Source of the DNA: Bacteroidales bacterium
GTDB taxonomy: Bacteria; Bacteroidota; Bacteroidia; Bacteroidales; UBA7960
DNA length: 37,006 nucleotides
NCBI GenBank assembly: GCA_007120675.1
Contig: SKNE01000217.1
Location: forward strand, 1-37,006
Direction of reading: 5' to 3'
A program made the translations under genes and the position numbers. Under the pieces are notes generated by a model. It did no database searches. It was not told the DNA's origin and saw only the letters and a list, made by a program, of their open reading frames with translations. Shown here in pieces: positions 18,230-27,658 of the stretch (its first letter is position 1; each line of letters starts with the position of its first letter).

Positions 18230-18607
18230 TTATTTTAGGTCCCGGTATAAAAAAATGACTTCAAAGAGGGTAAAAGCAAAATAAAAAACCAGGAATGTGA
18301 TGGCAAAAACCACGGCTTCTTCCGGTCGTGAAAAGGCGTACATCAGCATGATGGCCACGTAGAGGCCAAAACGGATCATGTTAACGCTCAAAAAGGTGCC
18401 GCTGAAGTTCTTGCTCCCCCTGCCGGAGAACCTGAACAAAACATATTTTGACCCCAGGGTGACCAGGTAGAAGAAGGGGACAAATCCAACGTAGAAGTCT
18501 GCCACATACCTTTCCGGCAGCAACCAGGCAGTCAGCAGATGCAGAAAAAACAGAACAGCAGCGTACAGGCTGAGTTGCTTGGTGAAGGAGGATATACTGA
18601 TGGCCAT
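18230..18607 (-). CDS. Small four-TM membrane protein in the AtpI/AtpZ position (uncharacterised)
   Basis: 125 aa with four hydrophobic segments. It is on the same strand as atpB, 91 nt upstream of it, and 23 nt downstream of the bactofilin gene. No recognisable catalytic motif. Confidence 0.6.
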   Translation of the reverse strand: MAISISSFTKQLSLYAAVLFFLHLLTAWLLPERYVADFYVGFVPFFYLVTLGSKYVLFRFSGRGSKNFSGTFLSVNMIRFGLYVAIMLMYAFSRPEEAVVFAITFLVFYFAFTLFEVIFLYRDLK

Positions 18608-18630
18608 GTCCGCTGAGGGTTAATCCCGGC

Positions 18631-19017
18631 TTAGGTTTTTAGCGCTTCTTTTTTATCCGCCTGCTTCCTGGCCGCATCCTTATCCATGGAGCAGCTTCCC
18701 GAGAATTGTGCCCCGGGCTCGATGGACAGCTTGTTGGTGATGATGTCGCCGGTAAAAACAGCTGAGGCTTTCAGAGACAGTAGCTCGGCCACATCGGCCT
18801 TACCGTTAACTTTTCCCGAAAAATCAGCGTTGGCGCAGAATATGTCGCCTTCAATCATGCCGGTATCTCCGACGATGACCCTTCCCTGGGAACGCACTTC
18901 GCCTATGATCTTGCCATCAACCCGAATATCCCCTTTGGAGTTGATCTCACCCTTTATGGTGGTTCCTGAGCCCACCAGGTTAACGGCCGTATGGTCTGTT
19001 TCTTTTGACTTTGCCAT
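18631..19017 (-). CDS. Bactofilin-family (DUF583, CcmA-like) polymer-forming protein
   Basis: 128 aa with repeating beta-helix windings: G.I.SKGDIRVDGKIIGEVRSQGRVIVGDTGMIEGDIFCANADFSGKVNG... Confidence 0.85.
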   Translation of the reverse strand: MAKSKETDHTAVNLVGSGTTIKGEINSKGDIRVDGKIIGEVRSQGRVIVGDTGMIEGDIFCANADFSGKVNGKADVAELLSLKASAVFTGDIITNKLSIEPGAQFSGSCSMDKDAARKQADKKEALKT

Positions 19018-19079
19018 GTGGATTGAAGATTAGAATGTAAAACATGCCCTGATAACAGTCAGAACCATTTCTGATCCGG

Positions 19080-19087
19080 CAAAGTTA
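19080..19087 (-). promoter_or_regulatory. Bacteroidota-type -7 box for the bactofilin-atp operon
   Basis: The minus strand reads TAACTTTG, 63 nt upstream of the bactofilin ATG (19017). Confidence 0.4.
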
Positions 19088-19135
19088 AAAAAAAGGGATG
19101 AATTGCTTGGTCGCCATTCCCTGCCATCAGACGAT

Positions 19136-21826
19136 TTACTCAGATATACCCATATAGAGGTAATAATGATCAAAATAGCGGCGGTAGGCCTCCAAGTCCT
19201 TTTCCTGGTAAAACAGGGGGTAATTGTCCACTGAGATCACAAATGCTTCCACCCCACCCGGCCATTGGCCGTCAAATCGCTCACTATCTTTGAGTTGCTC
19301 GAAATACTCCATGCCAAGGTCTTTTGACCGGAAATTGGTGACGGTAATCAGCTGCTTATTCTCTTCGAAGTGGATGCTGCTGACGGAAAGCTCCCGCTCA
19401 GAAAACGCCTCTTCATTAAACCCGGTGATCAGGCCATTGACCTCGCTGACCTCCCGCTCCCTGGTATTGACCAGGGCCACAAAAAAGTGCACCGCATCGG
19501 GGCTGTAGCTGAATGGTGAGTCGATGGGGTCCGGTTCAGGCCTGGAGTCCGATCGGCGGCTGCCATCCTCACCTGATGCCAAAACATCCATGCCTGTCAT
19601 ATCCAGTGAAGCCAGCAGGGTGGATGCCGGTTCGTGGACCGGTGTGCCGCTGTAATTGTCCACCACATATTGCAGCTCCGAAGCGAAGAGGACTTTATCG
19701 TCATTCCTGCCCAGGGCCATTGCATGCAGGTAGGCAAAACGCGCCTTCATCTCGCGGCTGGTATCCAGCGTGTCCAGTGCCTGCCTGTTGCGGCTGATCA
19801 CATCGTATCGCCCGGCAAAGAAAGCGCGGTAGCTCTCCTCGTAGAGTCTGTTCACGTGGTTTTGTTTCTCACGCAAACGGTCCACATAGGTGGGGTCACC
19901 GATGATCTTCGCATATTCGCTGTCCGGATAAAGGGACACCAGCCGGTCTTTAACCATCTCGGCAGCCGAGAAATCGTTCATCTCCCTGTGCAAAAAATAG
20001 AGGTGGTAAAAGGCGGGAAGCTCCAGTTCCATGCCAGTAAAATCCGTGGTCACTGTCGCAAAGCTGCTCACTGCATTCTCCAGGTCCCTCAGCTGATCCC
20101 TGAACACCATGGCCATATTGAAATAGGCGCGCATTTTCCTGTTCATGGATGCTTCCATCTGCTCCTCGGTATTGGGGATATTCCGCAAGTAGGTATCCGG
20201 ATCATATTCGTCCAGCTCCAGGGTATCCTCCTGGCTTTCCATCTCACCCATATCCATGAAGTCCATGCCAAAGTCGCCCGCCATCATTTGTTTGTTACTG
20301 ATACGCCACATGTCTTCCAGTGGCCTGTCGCCAAAGCGGCTGAAAAACTCCATCTCCCCATTGGCCATTGCGTTCACGTTATAGAAGTACCAGCTCCTGT
20401 CCTGGTCGCCCATGCCCCCCCTGGTCTGGCGGGCAGTTCTTCCGGCATCCCGCATGGCCTGCATCCGCTCCCTTTCCTCCTGCTGGCGGATCCTCTCCTG
20501 TTCGCGCAGGTCGTCGATGATGCCATTGACCACGGCCAGCTGCTGGTCATCGGGTAGCGTGGCCAGGTGCTGGAGGCTGTCCTCCCTTTCAATGACCCGG
20601 TTAAATTGGGCCAGGGTGGACAAAACCTGGTTGCGGGCAGCTACTTCTTCATAATCATCATAGTTTCGCGGCAGAAAGGTGGTGGCACTGTCATAATAGA
20701 TGTTGGCTTTCCTGTAATCGGGGTGGGCAAAATATATCTCTCCCAGCCGCAAAAAGCTCAGCCCTTTCTGCATGTCATTGTCGATGCTGGCCTCAATGGA
20801 GTTGTTGTACATCCTTACCGCCTCCGCCTCATCGTTGTCGCGCATGGCCAGCTGAGCCAGGGCGTAATAGATCTGGTCGCGATACTGCCTGTTCCTGTCC
20901 TCGCCAAGCATCTGTCGCAATTCATTACGGATAAAAGAGAGTCCCCCCACCGAGGGATCATAAGCCAGCGCCATGCCTATCCTGGCCTGGAAGGCCATGT
21001 TGCGGTCGGGTCGCATGCCCAGTACCGACTCAAACGTTTGCTGGGCCTGGGCAAAATCGCCTGAATGGTGGTATAGCTGGGCTTGTATGAAAGTCAGGCG
21101 CACCCTGTCCTTACGGCTACCCTCGTAGGTTACCGCCTTTTCCAGCTGGGCAGCAGCCTGCCTGTACTTACCCTGGCGTATGTAGTAGTCGGCATAAGCC
21201 CTCCTGAACAAGGCCACCGTTTCATCTGCCAGCAAACCATCCCGCTGATTGCGTTCAAGCATTTCAAACATGCGCAGTGATTGTTCATACCTGCCCAGTT
21301 CATTGTACGACTTGGCAATCCACACCTTGGAGTCATATTTTCGCTGGGTATCGTATTGCCTGATGATGTATTCGAAGGTGAGTATGCCCAGCATATAGTC
21401 GCGCTTGAAGAAATGGGAGCGCCCGATGAGAAAAAAGGACTCATCAATCCATTTATTGTGCTCGGTTCCCCTGATGTTCATGGAGTGACGGCGAATCACC
21501 AGGCTGGCCTTCTCATAGGTGACATCCATGTTGGAACGCACGGATGCGGCATCCTGCTCCGTGCCATAGCGAAAAACTGACAGGATCTGCTCGTAATTGT
21601 CGGTGTGCATCTCCGACAGCCTCTTCACCCCTTCCCTGTAGCTTTCTCGGGCATTCCAGAAGCCATTGTATTTGGCATTGATGGAATGGTAGGCCCTGTT
21701 GACAAAGGAGTCTTTCTGCGTAGAACAACCCACCAAGAGGCTAAAAATGACCACAAGGGCCAACCATCGCAGGGCCCTGAAAAACGGATTCAATATCGGA
21801 TGCATGCAAATCAGGCTATTTATCAT
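19136..21826 (-). CDS. TPR-repeat lipoprotein, SprE/PorW-like (type IX secretion / gliding component)
   Basis: Lipobox LLVGC|STQK followed by NRAYHSINAKYNGFWNA. Multiple TPR-like helices follow, then the central motif SWYFYN....G..EF...FGDRPLEDMWRISNK, which I recall as characteristic of SprE/PorW proteins. About 890 aa. An alternative ATG lies at 21805. Confidence 0.65.
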   Translation of the reverse strand: MINSLICMHPILNPFFRALRWLALVVIFSLLVGCSTQKDSFVNRAYHSINAKYNGFWNARESYREGVKRLSEMHTDNYEQILSVFRYGTEQDAASVRSNMDVTYEKASLVIRRHSMNIRGTEHNKWIDESFFLIGRSHFFKRDYMLGILTFEYIIRQYDTQRKYDSKVWIAKSYNELGRYEQSLRMFEMLERNQRDGLLADETVALFRRAYADYYIRQGKYRQAAAQLEKAVTYEGSRKDRVRLTFIQAQLYHHSGDFAQAQQTFESVLGMRPDRNMAFQARIGMALAYDPSVGGLSFIRNELRQMLGEDRNRQYRDQIYYALAQLAMRDNDEAEAVRMYNNSIEASIDNDMQKGLSFLRLGEIYFAHPDYRKANIYYDSATTFLPRNYDDYEEVAARNQVLSTLAQFNRVIEREDSLQHLATLPDDQQLAVVNGIIDDLREQERIRQQEERERMQAMRDAGRTARQTRGGMGDQDRSWYFYNVNAMANGEMEFFSRFGDRPLEDMWRISNKQMMAGDFGMDFMDMGEMESQEDTLELDEYDPDTYLRNIPNTEEQMEASMNRKMRAYFNMAMVFRDQLRDLENAVSSFATVTTDFTGMELELPAFYHLYFLHREMNDFSAAEMVKDRLVSLYPDSEYAKIIGDPTYVDRLREKQNHVNRLYEESYRAFFAGRYDVISRNRQALDTLDTSREMKARFAYLHAMALGRNDDKVLFASELQYVVDNYSGTPVHEPASTLLASLDMTGMDVLASGEDGSRRSDSRPEPDPIDSPFSYSPDAVHFFVALVNTREREVSEVNGLITGFNEEAFSERELSVSSIHFEENKQLITVTNFRSKDLGMEYFEQLKDSERFDGQWPGGVEAFVISVDNYPLFYQEKDLEAYRRYFDHYYLYMGISE

Positions 21827-21989
21827 TAGGATAACTCCAAATCAGGCTGTTTATTATCCGGCAACAGGCCAAATGACTGGTGGAGCAAAAGCCTCGTGCG
21901 GCCTTTCATGATCCTTGCTTTAACGGGACAAAACGCTTCGCCCTACCAGGCAAAGGTACACATAGGCGGTGGATTATTTTTATAATGAT

Positions 21990-21997
21990 TAATTTTG
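21990..21997 (+). promoter_or_regulatory. Bacteroidota-type -7 box for the M23-dxr-rseP unit
   Basis: TAATTTTG lies 21 nt upstream of ATG 22018. This supports that start over the longer ORF start at 21880. Confidence 0.45.
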
Positions 21998-22017
21998 TCC
22001 AAACAACGCCTTTTTCA

Positions 22018-22896
22018 ATGGACGAAAGAAAACATCGCAGCGGTTTCTTCACCAGGCTCCGACACAAATACCGGCTGGTGGTCATGAACAACGACACCCT
22101 GGAGGAGAAACTCAGTGTGAGATTGACAAAACTCAATGTGTTTTTGTTCATTGGCACAGCCTCTCTTTTCCTGGTGATTGCCACTATTTACCTGATCGCC
22201 TTTACCCCCCTGAAGGAATATATTCCCGGGTATGCGGACTTCAACACGCGCAAGGTGTTGCGCGAGCTCTCCCTGCGGGCCGATTCCCTGGAAAGGGATT
22301 TACGGCAAAAGGATCTGTACATCATGAACATCCGCAATATTGTTGAAGGGCGTGATTTGCTGGAAGAGATCCCTGACAATGTGATGGACCCCATGGCTGT
22401 CAGCCTCGAAGAGCTGCCCAGGTCCCGTGAAGACTCCATATTGCGTGCAGAGATGGAACATGCGGCCATGCTGGAAGAAAGCTATCGGGAGGCGGCAGGG
22501 TTCAGGGGCTTGCAGCAAGCGGCACACATCTCTTTTTTCCCGCCGCTCAGCGGCATGATCAGCAGCCACTTTGATCCCGGCAAAGGGCACTTTGGGGTGG
22601 ATGTCGTTGCTGATCACGATGAAGTGATCAAGGCTACGCTGGATGGAAGGGTTATATTTGCTGCCTGGACAGTTGAAACCGGATACACCATAGGTATTCA
22701 GCATAGTAACAATATCGTCTCCATTTACAAGCACAACAGCAGCCTGCTGAGGGACCAGGGAAGCTATGTGGAAGCCGGCGAAGCCATTGCCATTATTGGC
22801 GACACCGGTCTGTACTCCACGGGCACCCACCTGCATTTTGAGCTGTGGTTCAACGGGAATCCTGTAAATCCTGCCGAATATATCAGTTTCCAATGA
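22018..22896 (+). CDS. M23 family metallopeptidase (peptidoglycan DD-endopeptidase-like), membrane-anchored
   Basis: One N-terminal TM segment (VFLFIGTASLFLVIATIYLIAF) and a coiled region. The LytM domain motifs are HFGVDV..., ...SIYKHNS and TGLYSTGTHLHFELW. Confidence 0.88.
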   Translation: MDERKHRSGFFTRLRHKYRLVVMNNDTLEEKLSVRLTKLNVFLFIGTASLFLVIATIYLIAFTPLKEYIPGYADFNTRKVLRELSLRADSLERDLRQKDLYIMNIRNIVEGRDLLEEIPDNVMDPMAVSLEELPRSREDSILRAEMEHAAMLEESYREAAGFRGLQQAAHISFFPPLSGMISSHFDPGKGHFGVDVVADHDEVIKATLDGRVIFAAWTVETGYTIGIQHSNNIVSIYKHNSSLLRDQGSYVEAGEAIAIIGDTGLYSTGTHLHFELWFNGNPVNPAEYISFQ

Positions 22897-24074
22897 ACAC
22901 TACCAATCCGCCATCCCTGGCCATCCTGGGCTCCACCGGCTCTGTCGGTCGCCAGGCCCTCCAGCTGATGGGGCAGCTGGGTAGTCCGCCTCTCATCACG
23001 CTGCTGAGTTCCCACAACAGGGCGGAACAACTCATCCAACAGGCCATCGAACATCGTCCGAAGGCCGTACTGATCGGAAATGACAAATACGAGGGCCTTG
23101 TTCACAGCGCTTTGTCTGGCCTTGGCATTGAGGTGTACGCAGGCTTTGAGAACCTGAAAACGGCACTGAAATGGAGTAAGCCACACAAAATGCTGAATGC
23201 CGTCCTCGGCATGGCGGGACTCGAACCCACCCTGGAGGCCGTGGAGCAGGGCATACACATTTTGATGGCCAACAAGGAGGCCATGGCAGTGGCAGGTCAC
23301 CTCATCACCAGGCAAGCCCGGGATCGTGGTGTAGACATCATTCCCGTCGATTCCGAACTGACCGCCATATGGCAGTGCCTCCAGGGAGAACAGATAAACG
23401 ATGTGGAAAAGGTTTACCTCACCGCCAGCGGGGGACCGTTCAGGGGGTGTTCGGAGGATCAGCTGCTCCAGGTATCCGTGCAGGAGGCCCTGCAGCATCC
23501 CACCTGGGAGATGGGTGAAAAGATCAGCATAGACTCTGCCACAATGATGAACAAAGGGCTTGAGGTGATGGCTGCGTGCCGGCTTTTTGGTCTCAGCGCC
23601 GGACAGATTGAGGTACTGATCCATCCGCAGTCGGTCGTTCATGGCATCCTGGCCTTCAAGGATGGCAGCATGAAGGCGCAAATGAGCACCCCGGACATGA
23701 AGCAAGTCATAGAATACGCCCTGGGGTGGCCTGAAAGAACCACTTCAGGGCTCCCCCGGCTGAACTTTGACAACCTGGATCTGAACTTTGAACGAGCTGA
23801 CCCGGATTATTTTTCATCCCTCAGGATGGCCTATGAAGCCCTGGAAAAAGGGGGAAACATGCCATGTGTTTTCAATGCGGCCAACGAGGCAGCAGTCCAG
23901 GCGTTTCTCAATGGCGAACTGCCCTTTGTGCACATTGCCACCGTCGTTGAGCAAAGCCTGTCAAAAGCGCCTTTCTCAGAGGATCCGGACCTGGCAGAGA
24001 TCATGGAATGTCACGGAGAGAGCAGCCAGCTGGCCCGGCAGTTGATCAAAACAATTCAAGAACAAAACCGTTAA
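22893..24074 (+). CDS. dxr: 1-deoxy-D-xylulose-5-phosphate reductoisomerase
   Basis: LAILGSTGSVGRQAL NADPH-binding N-terminus, plus ..LTASGGPFR.., ..HPTWEMG.KISIDSATMMNKGLE... The ATG at 22893 overlaps the M23 stop (ATGA). Confidence 0.97.
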   Translation: MNTTNPPSLAILGSTGSVGRQALQLMGQLGSPPLITLLSSHNRAEQLIQQAIEHRPKAVLIGNDKYEGLVHSALSGLGIEVYAGFENLKTALKWSKPHKMLNAVLGMAGLEPTLEAVEQGIHILMANKEAMAVAGHLITRQARDRGVDIIPVDSELTAIWQCLQGEQINDVEKVYLTASGGPFRGCSEDQLLQVSVQEALQHPTWEMGEKISIDSATMMNKGLEVMAACRLFGLSAGQIEVLIHPQSVVHGILAFKDGSMKAQMSTPDMKQVIEYALGWPERTTSGLPRLNFDNLDLNFERADPDYFSSLRMAYEALEKGGNMPCVFNAANEAAVQAFLNGELPFVHIATVVEQSLSKAPFSEDPDLAEIMECHGESSQLARQLIKTIQEQNR

Positions 24075-24107
24075 CTGTTAGAAGCAAACCCAATCATTTC
24101 TTCGCCC

Positions 24108-25430
24108 ATGCAGATACTGATTCAAGCCGCACAATTTTTCCTGAGCCTGTCCATCCTGGTCATCATCCATGAATGGGGCCACTATCTATTTGCCCGTCTT
24201 TTCGGGATCCGGGTGGAAAAGTTTTACCTCTTCTTCAACCCCTGGTTTTCATTGTTCAAAATTCGGCGGGGTGAAACGGAATATGGCATGGGCTGGCTGC
24301 CGCTGGGCGGCTATGTCAAGATCTCGGGTATGATCGATGAGTCGATGGATACCGGGCAGATGAAGCAAGCCCCCAAGCCTTATGAGTTCCGGTCCAAACC
24401 GGCCTGGCAAAGGCTGATGGTCATGGTGGGGGGTGTCCTGTTCAACATTTTGCTGGCTGCCCTCATCTATGTATTCATGCTTTTCTTCATCGGGGAGGAG
24501 TACCTGCCGGTTAAGAACCTGTCCTACGGCGTTGATGCCCAGCCCCTGGGCCAGGAGATCGGACTTAAGTCGGGCGACCACATCTTAGCGGTGAACGGCG
24601 AGGAGCCCGCCGACTGGAATTCCATGCAGCGGCGCTTCGTGATGGGTGAAGTGGAAGCCGTCACCATCAAACGCGATGACAGCACCTTTCAGCTGCCGGT
24701 GCCCGGTGATTTCTTTGGACGACTGATCTCGGCCCGCGGCGAGGATTTCATCTCCATCCGCTTTCCGTTCATCGTCAGTGGCTTCATCGACAACTCAGCC
24801 GCGCGGGAAGCCGGGGTGGAGGTGGGCGATCACATCAAAGGCATCGGCGGAGTGGATACATGGTCCTTCTCTGAATTTGCCAGGACCATTGGTCAGTTTG
24901 CAGGCATGGAGACCACCATCACCGTCGACCGCGACGGCCAGGCACTGACCATGCCCATCAGCGTGCCTGAAGAAGGCCGCGTTGGGGCATATGTGAAAGA
25001 CCCCTCCGATCTGTTTGTGACGGAACGACGCGATTATTCCCTGCTGGCATCCTTTCCGGCAGGGATTACCAAGGCGGTGACCACCACACGCGACTACTTC
25101 AGGAGCCTGGGACTCCTCTTCAGACCTGAAGTGAGCGCGCGCGACAGCCTGGGCGGATTCATCACCATAGGTGGCATCTTTTCGCCCACTTGGGACTGGG
25201 TGCATTTCTGGACCATGACCGCATTCATATCCATCATCCTGGCGGTGATGAACATCCTGCCCATCCCGGCGCTGGATGGTGGACATGTGATGTTTCTCCT
25301 CTATGAGATCGTTGTGGGACGCAAGCCACCGGATAAATTCATGGAATACGCACAGATGGTTGGCCTGATTCTCCTCTTCTCCCTCATACTGCTGGTCAAC
25401 CTCAACGACGTGCTGAGGCTGTTCAGGTAG
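24108..25430 (+). CDS. rseP: RIP metalloprotease RseP (site-2 protease, M50)
   Basis: HEWGHY zinc motif in TM1, a central PDZ-like region, and C-terminal NILPIPALDGGH. Confidence 0.95.
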   Translation: MQILIQAAQFFLSLSILVIIHEWGHYLFARLFGIRVEKFYLFFNPWFSLFKIRRGETEYGMGWLPLGGYVKISGMIDESMDTGQMKQAPKPYEFRSKPAWQRLMVMVGGVLFNILLAALIYVFMLFFIGEEYLPVKNLSYGVDAQPLGQEIGLKSGDHILAVNGEEPADWNSMQRRFVMGEVEAVTIKRDDSTFQLPVPGDFFGRLISARGEDFISIRFPFIVSGFIDNSAAREAGVEVGDHIKGIGGVDTWSFSEFARTIGQFAGMETTITVDRDGQALTMPISVPEEGRVGAYVKDPSDLFVTERRDYSLLASFPAGITKAVTTTRDYFRSLGLLFRPEVSARDSLGGFITIGGIFSPTWDWVHFWTMTAFISIILAVMNILPIPALDGGHVMFLLYEIVVGRKPPDKFMEYAQMVGLILLFSLILLVNLNDVLRLFR

Positions 25431-25541
25431 GTCCCCCGGGCCAGGAAGCGGGGTAACACATCATGCCCGGCTCTAGCTCCCTTGAGAAGAGGCAGGGCCG
25501 GTGCATACACCGGGAGTACCACCCCTTTAAAGTACCGATCA

Positions 25542-26459
25542 ATGTCTGAGCTGTTTGTAACCAACATATTGGGGTCCTCAGCTGCCATCCCCACCTCCCT
25601 GCGCCACACCAGCGCACAGCTGCTGCAGCACCATAACCGGTACTTCCTGCTCGACTGCGCTGAAGGAAGCCAGATGCAGCTGCGCAGGTACGGCCACCCC
25701 CTGATGAAGATAGATCATATTTTTATCAGCCACATGCATGGTGATCACTACCTGGGTCTTCCCGGACTGCTGTTCACCTTTCACCTGCTGGGAAGGGACA
25801 AGGAGCTGCACGTGTATTCACCACCGGGAATGGAGGAGATCATTGAACTGCAATACCGTATCTCTCAATTGAGACCATCTTTTGAAATACGTTACCATGA
25901 GCTGCTGGATGGGCGGCAGATCATCTATTCCGATGATCGCCTGCGGGTGGAAACCCTGGCCATGGATCACCGCATTCCCACCTATGGTTTTCTCTTCAAG
26001 GAACAGCCCGCACCCAGGAAAATCAAGAAAAGCAGCATCAGGAAATACAAGATTCCCATCCACCAGATGGGTGATATCAAGGCGGGAAAAGACTACACAG
26101 ACGCCGACGGCAAGGTGATTCCCAATGCAGCGATTACGCTGGACCCTCCCCCGCCCCGCAGCTATGCCTTCTGTTCCGATACCGCCTATACCGAACAATT
26201 TCTTCCCCAGGTAAGGGGTGTGGACCTGCTCTATCATGAGGCCACCTTCACCCACGACAAGGCCGTCATTGCCCGTGAGAAGGCCCACAGCACAGCCAGG
26301 GAAGCGGCTACGCTGGCCAGTAAAGCTGGTGCAAAAGAATTGCTGATTGGACATTTCTCAGCCCGTTACAAAGAGCTGGATGCCCTCCTTGAAGAAGCCG
26401 CCGCCATTTTTCCCCGTAGTAAGTTAGCCCGGGAAGGGGAAAGTCACGTCATAGGATAA
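25542..26459 (+). CDS. rnz: Ribonuclease Z (MBL fold)
   Basis: From ATG 25542 the protein reads MSELFVTNILGSSAAIPT.., with HMHGDHYLGLPGLL (HxHxDH) and C-terminal HFSARY. 305 aa. Confidence 0.9.
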   Translation: MSELFVTNILGSSAAIPTSLRHTSAQLLQHHNRYFLLDCAEGSQMQLRRYGHPLMKIDHIFISHMHGDHYLGLPGLLFTFHLLGRDKELHVYSPPGMEEIIELQYRISQLRPSFEIRYHELLDGRQIIYSDDRLRVETLAMDHRIPTYGFLFKEQPAPRKIKKSSIRKYKIPIHQMGDIKAGKDYTDADGKVIPNAAITLDPPPPRSYAFCSDTAYTEQFLPQVRGVDLLYHEATFTHDKAVIAREKAHSTAREAATLASKAGAKELLIGHFSARYKELDALLEEAAAIFPRSKLAREGESHVIG

Positions 26460-26521
26460 ACCGCCCCATGCCCTGTTCCGGGGCCTTGTCTCTTCTCACC
26501 GGCCGGACAAGCTGGCGGGGA

Positions 26522-27499
26522 TCAGAAAAAGAGGTGCAGGGCAAAATCGGGCAGCCTGCTCGCCGAGCCTTCGACAAAACCATGTTCAGCCAGCAACCCC
26601 AGCAGGCTTGCCGCTTCATGCCGGGTTCCCTTCATTGCCTTTTCCATGGCAACCCACCCCGGATGGCTCCCCTCGCCTGAAAAAGCGGCCTGCTCAATCA
26701 GTCCGCTTTTCACCCGCATGTCTAACCTGATCTCCCGCCCTTTCCAAAAGGCGTCGCCACGAAAATGGTAAGGTGGTGAATAGGCCATATTCCACTCCCA
26801 TTTCCGGTATTTGCTGTCCGCCAATGAACGGGCGGCCTTTTGCATCGTTTCATCCAGGCCAGTGAGGCTGTCGGCGCGGTAATAATCGGCCAAAAAATCC
26901 CGCAGTTGTCGCCTGAAAACATCAAAAGGGGGGGGATGTGGCAAATAATCCGAGATGTTGGCCACGCTGCTCCTGACCGATTGCACGCTCTTGTCCAGGT
27001 AACGCCCCTCCCTTACGCGGATGGAATGGTTCAGCTCTTGCAGCCGGGCATCATACAAAAGGGTGCCATGATGAATCAGCCTGTCCTTATAAACATGCTC
27101 GGCATTGCCCGACACCTTTAAGCCATTTACGCGGATATCATTCTTCCCTTCAAAGCGGGCAGGCACACCCAGCTGATTCAAAAAACTGACCACCGGGAAG
27201 GTATGCTTCCTAAAGTCAACCATTCTGCCCGGTTCACCCCTGCGGATCAGGGTGTAGTTGAGGTTGCCCGGCCCGTGATAAACCGTGCCACCGCCGGAGA
27301 GGCGGCGGAGCAGCGGGATCCCCTCCCGGTAGACGTAGGGAAAGTTGACCTCCGCGTAGGCGTTTTGGTGTTTTCCAATGACCACTGAGGGAGCAGACGA
27401 CCACAGGATCACCACCTCCTCCGGGTAACCCTTCAGTAAATACTCCTCCAGCGCCACATTGACATAGGGATCATTCCCCTGGTGATCCAGCAGCTTCAT
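26522..27499 (-). CDS. lplA: Lipoate-protein ligase A
   Basis: RRLSGGGTVYHGPGNLNY and the catalytic lysine block GLKVSGNA. The ATG at 27499 has a -7 box 22 nt upstream. The ORF-track start at 27523 is a TTG inside that box. Confidence 0.9.
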   Translation of the reverse strand: MKLLDHQGNDPYVNVALEEYLLKGYPEEVVILWSSAPSVVIGKHQNAYAEVNFPYVYREGIPLLRRLSGGGTVYHGPGNLNYTLIRRGEPGRMVDFRKHTFPVVSFLNQLGVPARFEGKNDIRVNGLKVSGNAEHVYKDRLIHHGTLLYDARLQELNHSIRVREGRYLDKSVQSVRSSVANISDYLPHPPPFDVFRRQLRDFLADYYRADSLTGLDETMQKAARSLADSKYRKWEWNMAYSPPYHFRGDAFWKGREIRLDMRVKSGLIEQAAFSGEGSHPGWVAMEKAMKGTRHEAASLLGLLAEHGFVEGSASRLPDFALHLFF

Positions 27500-27520
27500 G
27501 CATTTGCTTTTGACATGGTG

Positions 27521-27528
27521 CAAAAGTA
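27521..27528 (-). promoter_or_regulatory. Bacteroidota-type -7 box for lplA
   Basis: The minus strand reads TACTTTTG, 22 nt upstream of ATG 27499. Confidence 0.45.
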
Positions 27529-27620
27529 ATCATTACGCGGATGATGCGGTAATCACAAACGCCCCACCCCGAGCATCGATGGGTGCCGGGACCCGCCGTA
27601 CAAGGTGAAGTGTTTTTTTT

Positions 27621-27628
27621 TACCTTTG
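27621..27628 (+). promoter_or_regulatory. Bacteroidota-type -7 box for valS
   Basis: TACCTTTG is preceded by a T9 run and lies 31 nt upstream of ATG 27659. Confidence 0.45.
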
Positions 27629-27658
27629 TCAGGTTTTTTACTTAGCAGGAAGTTTATC

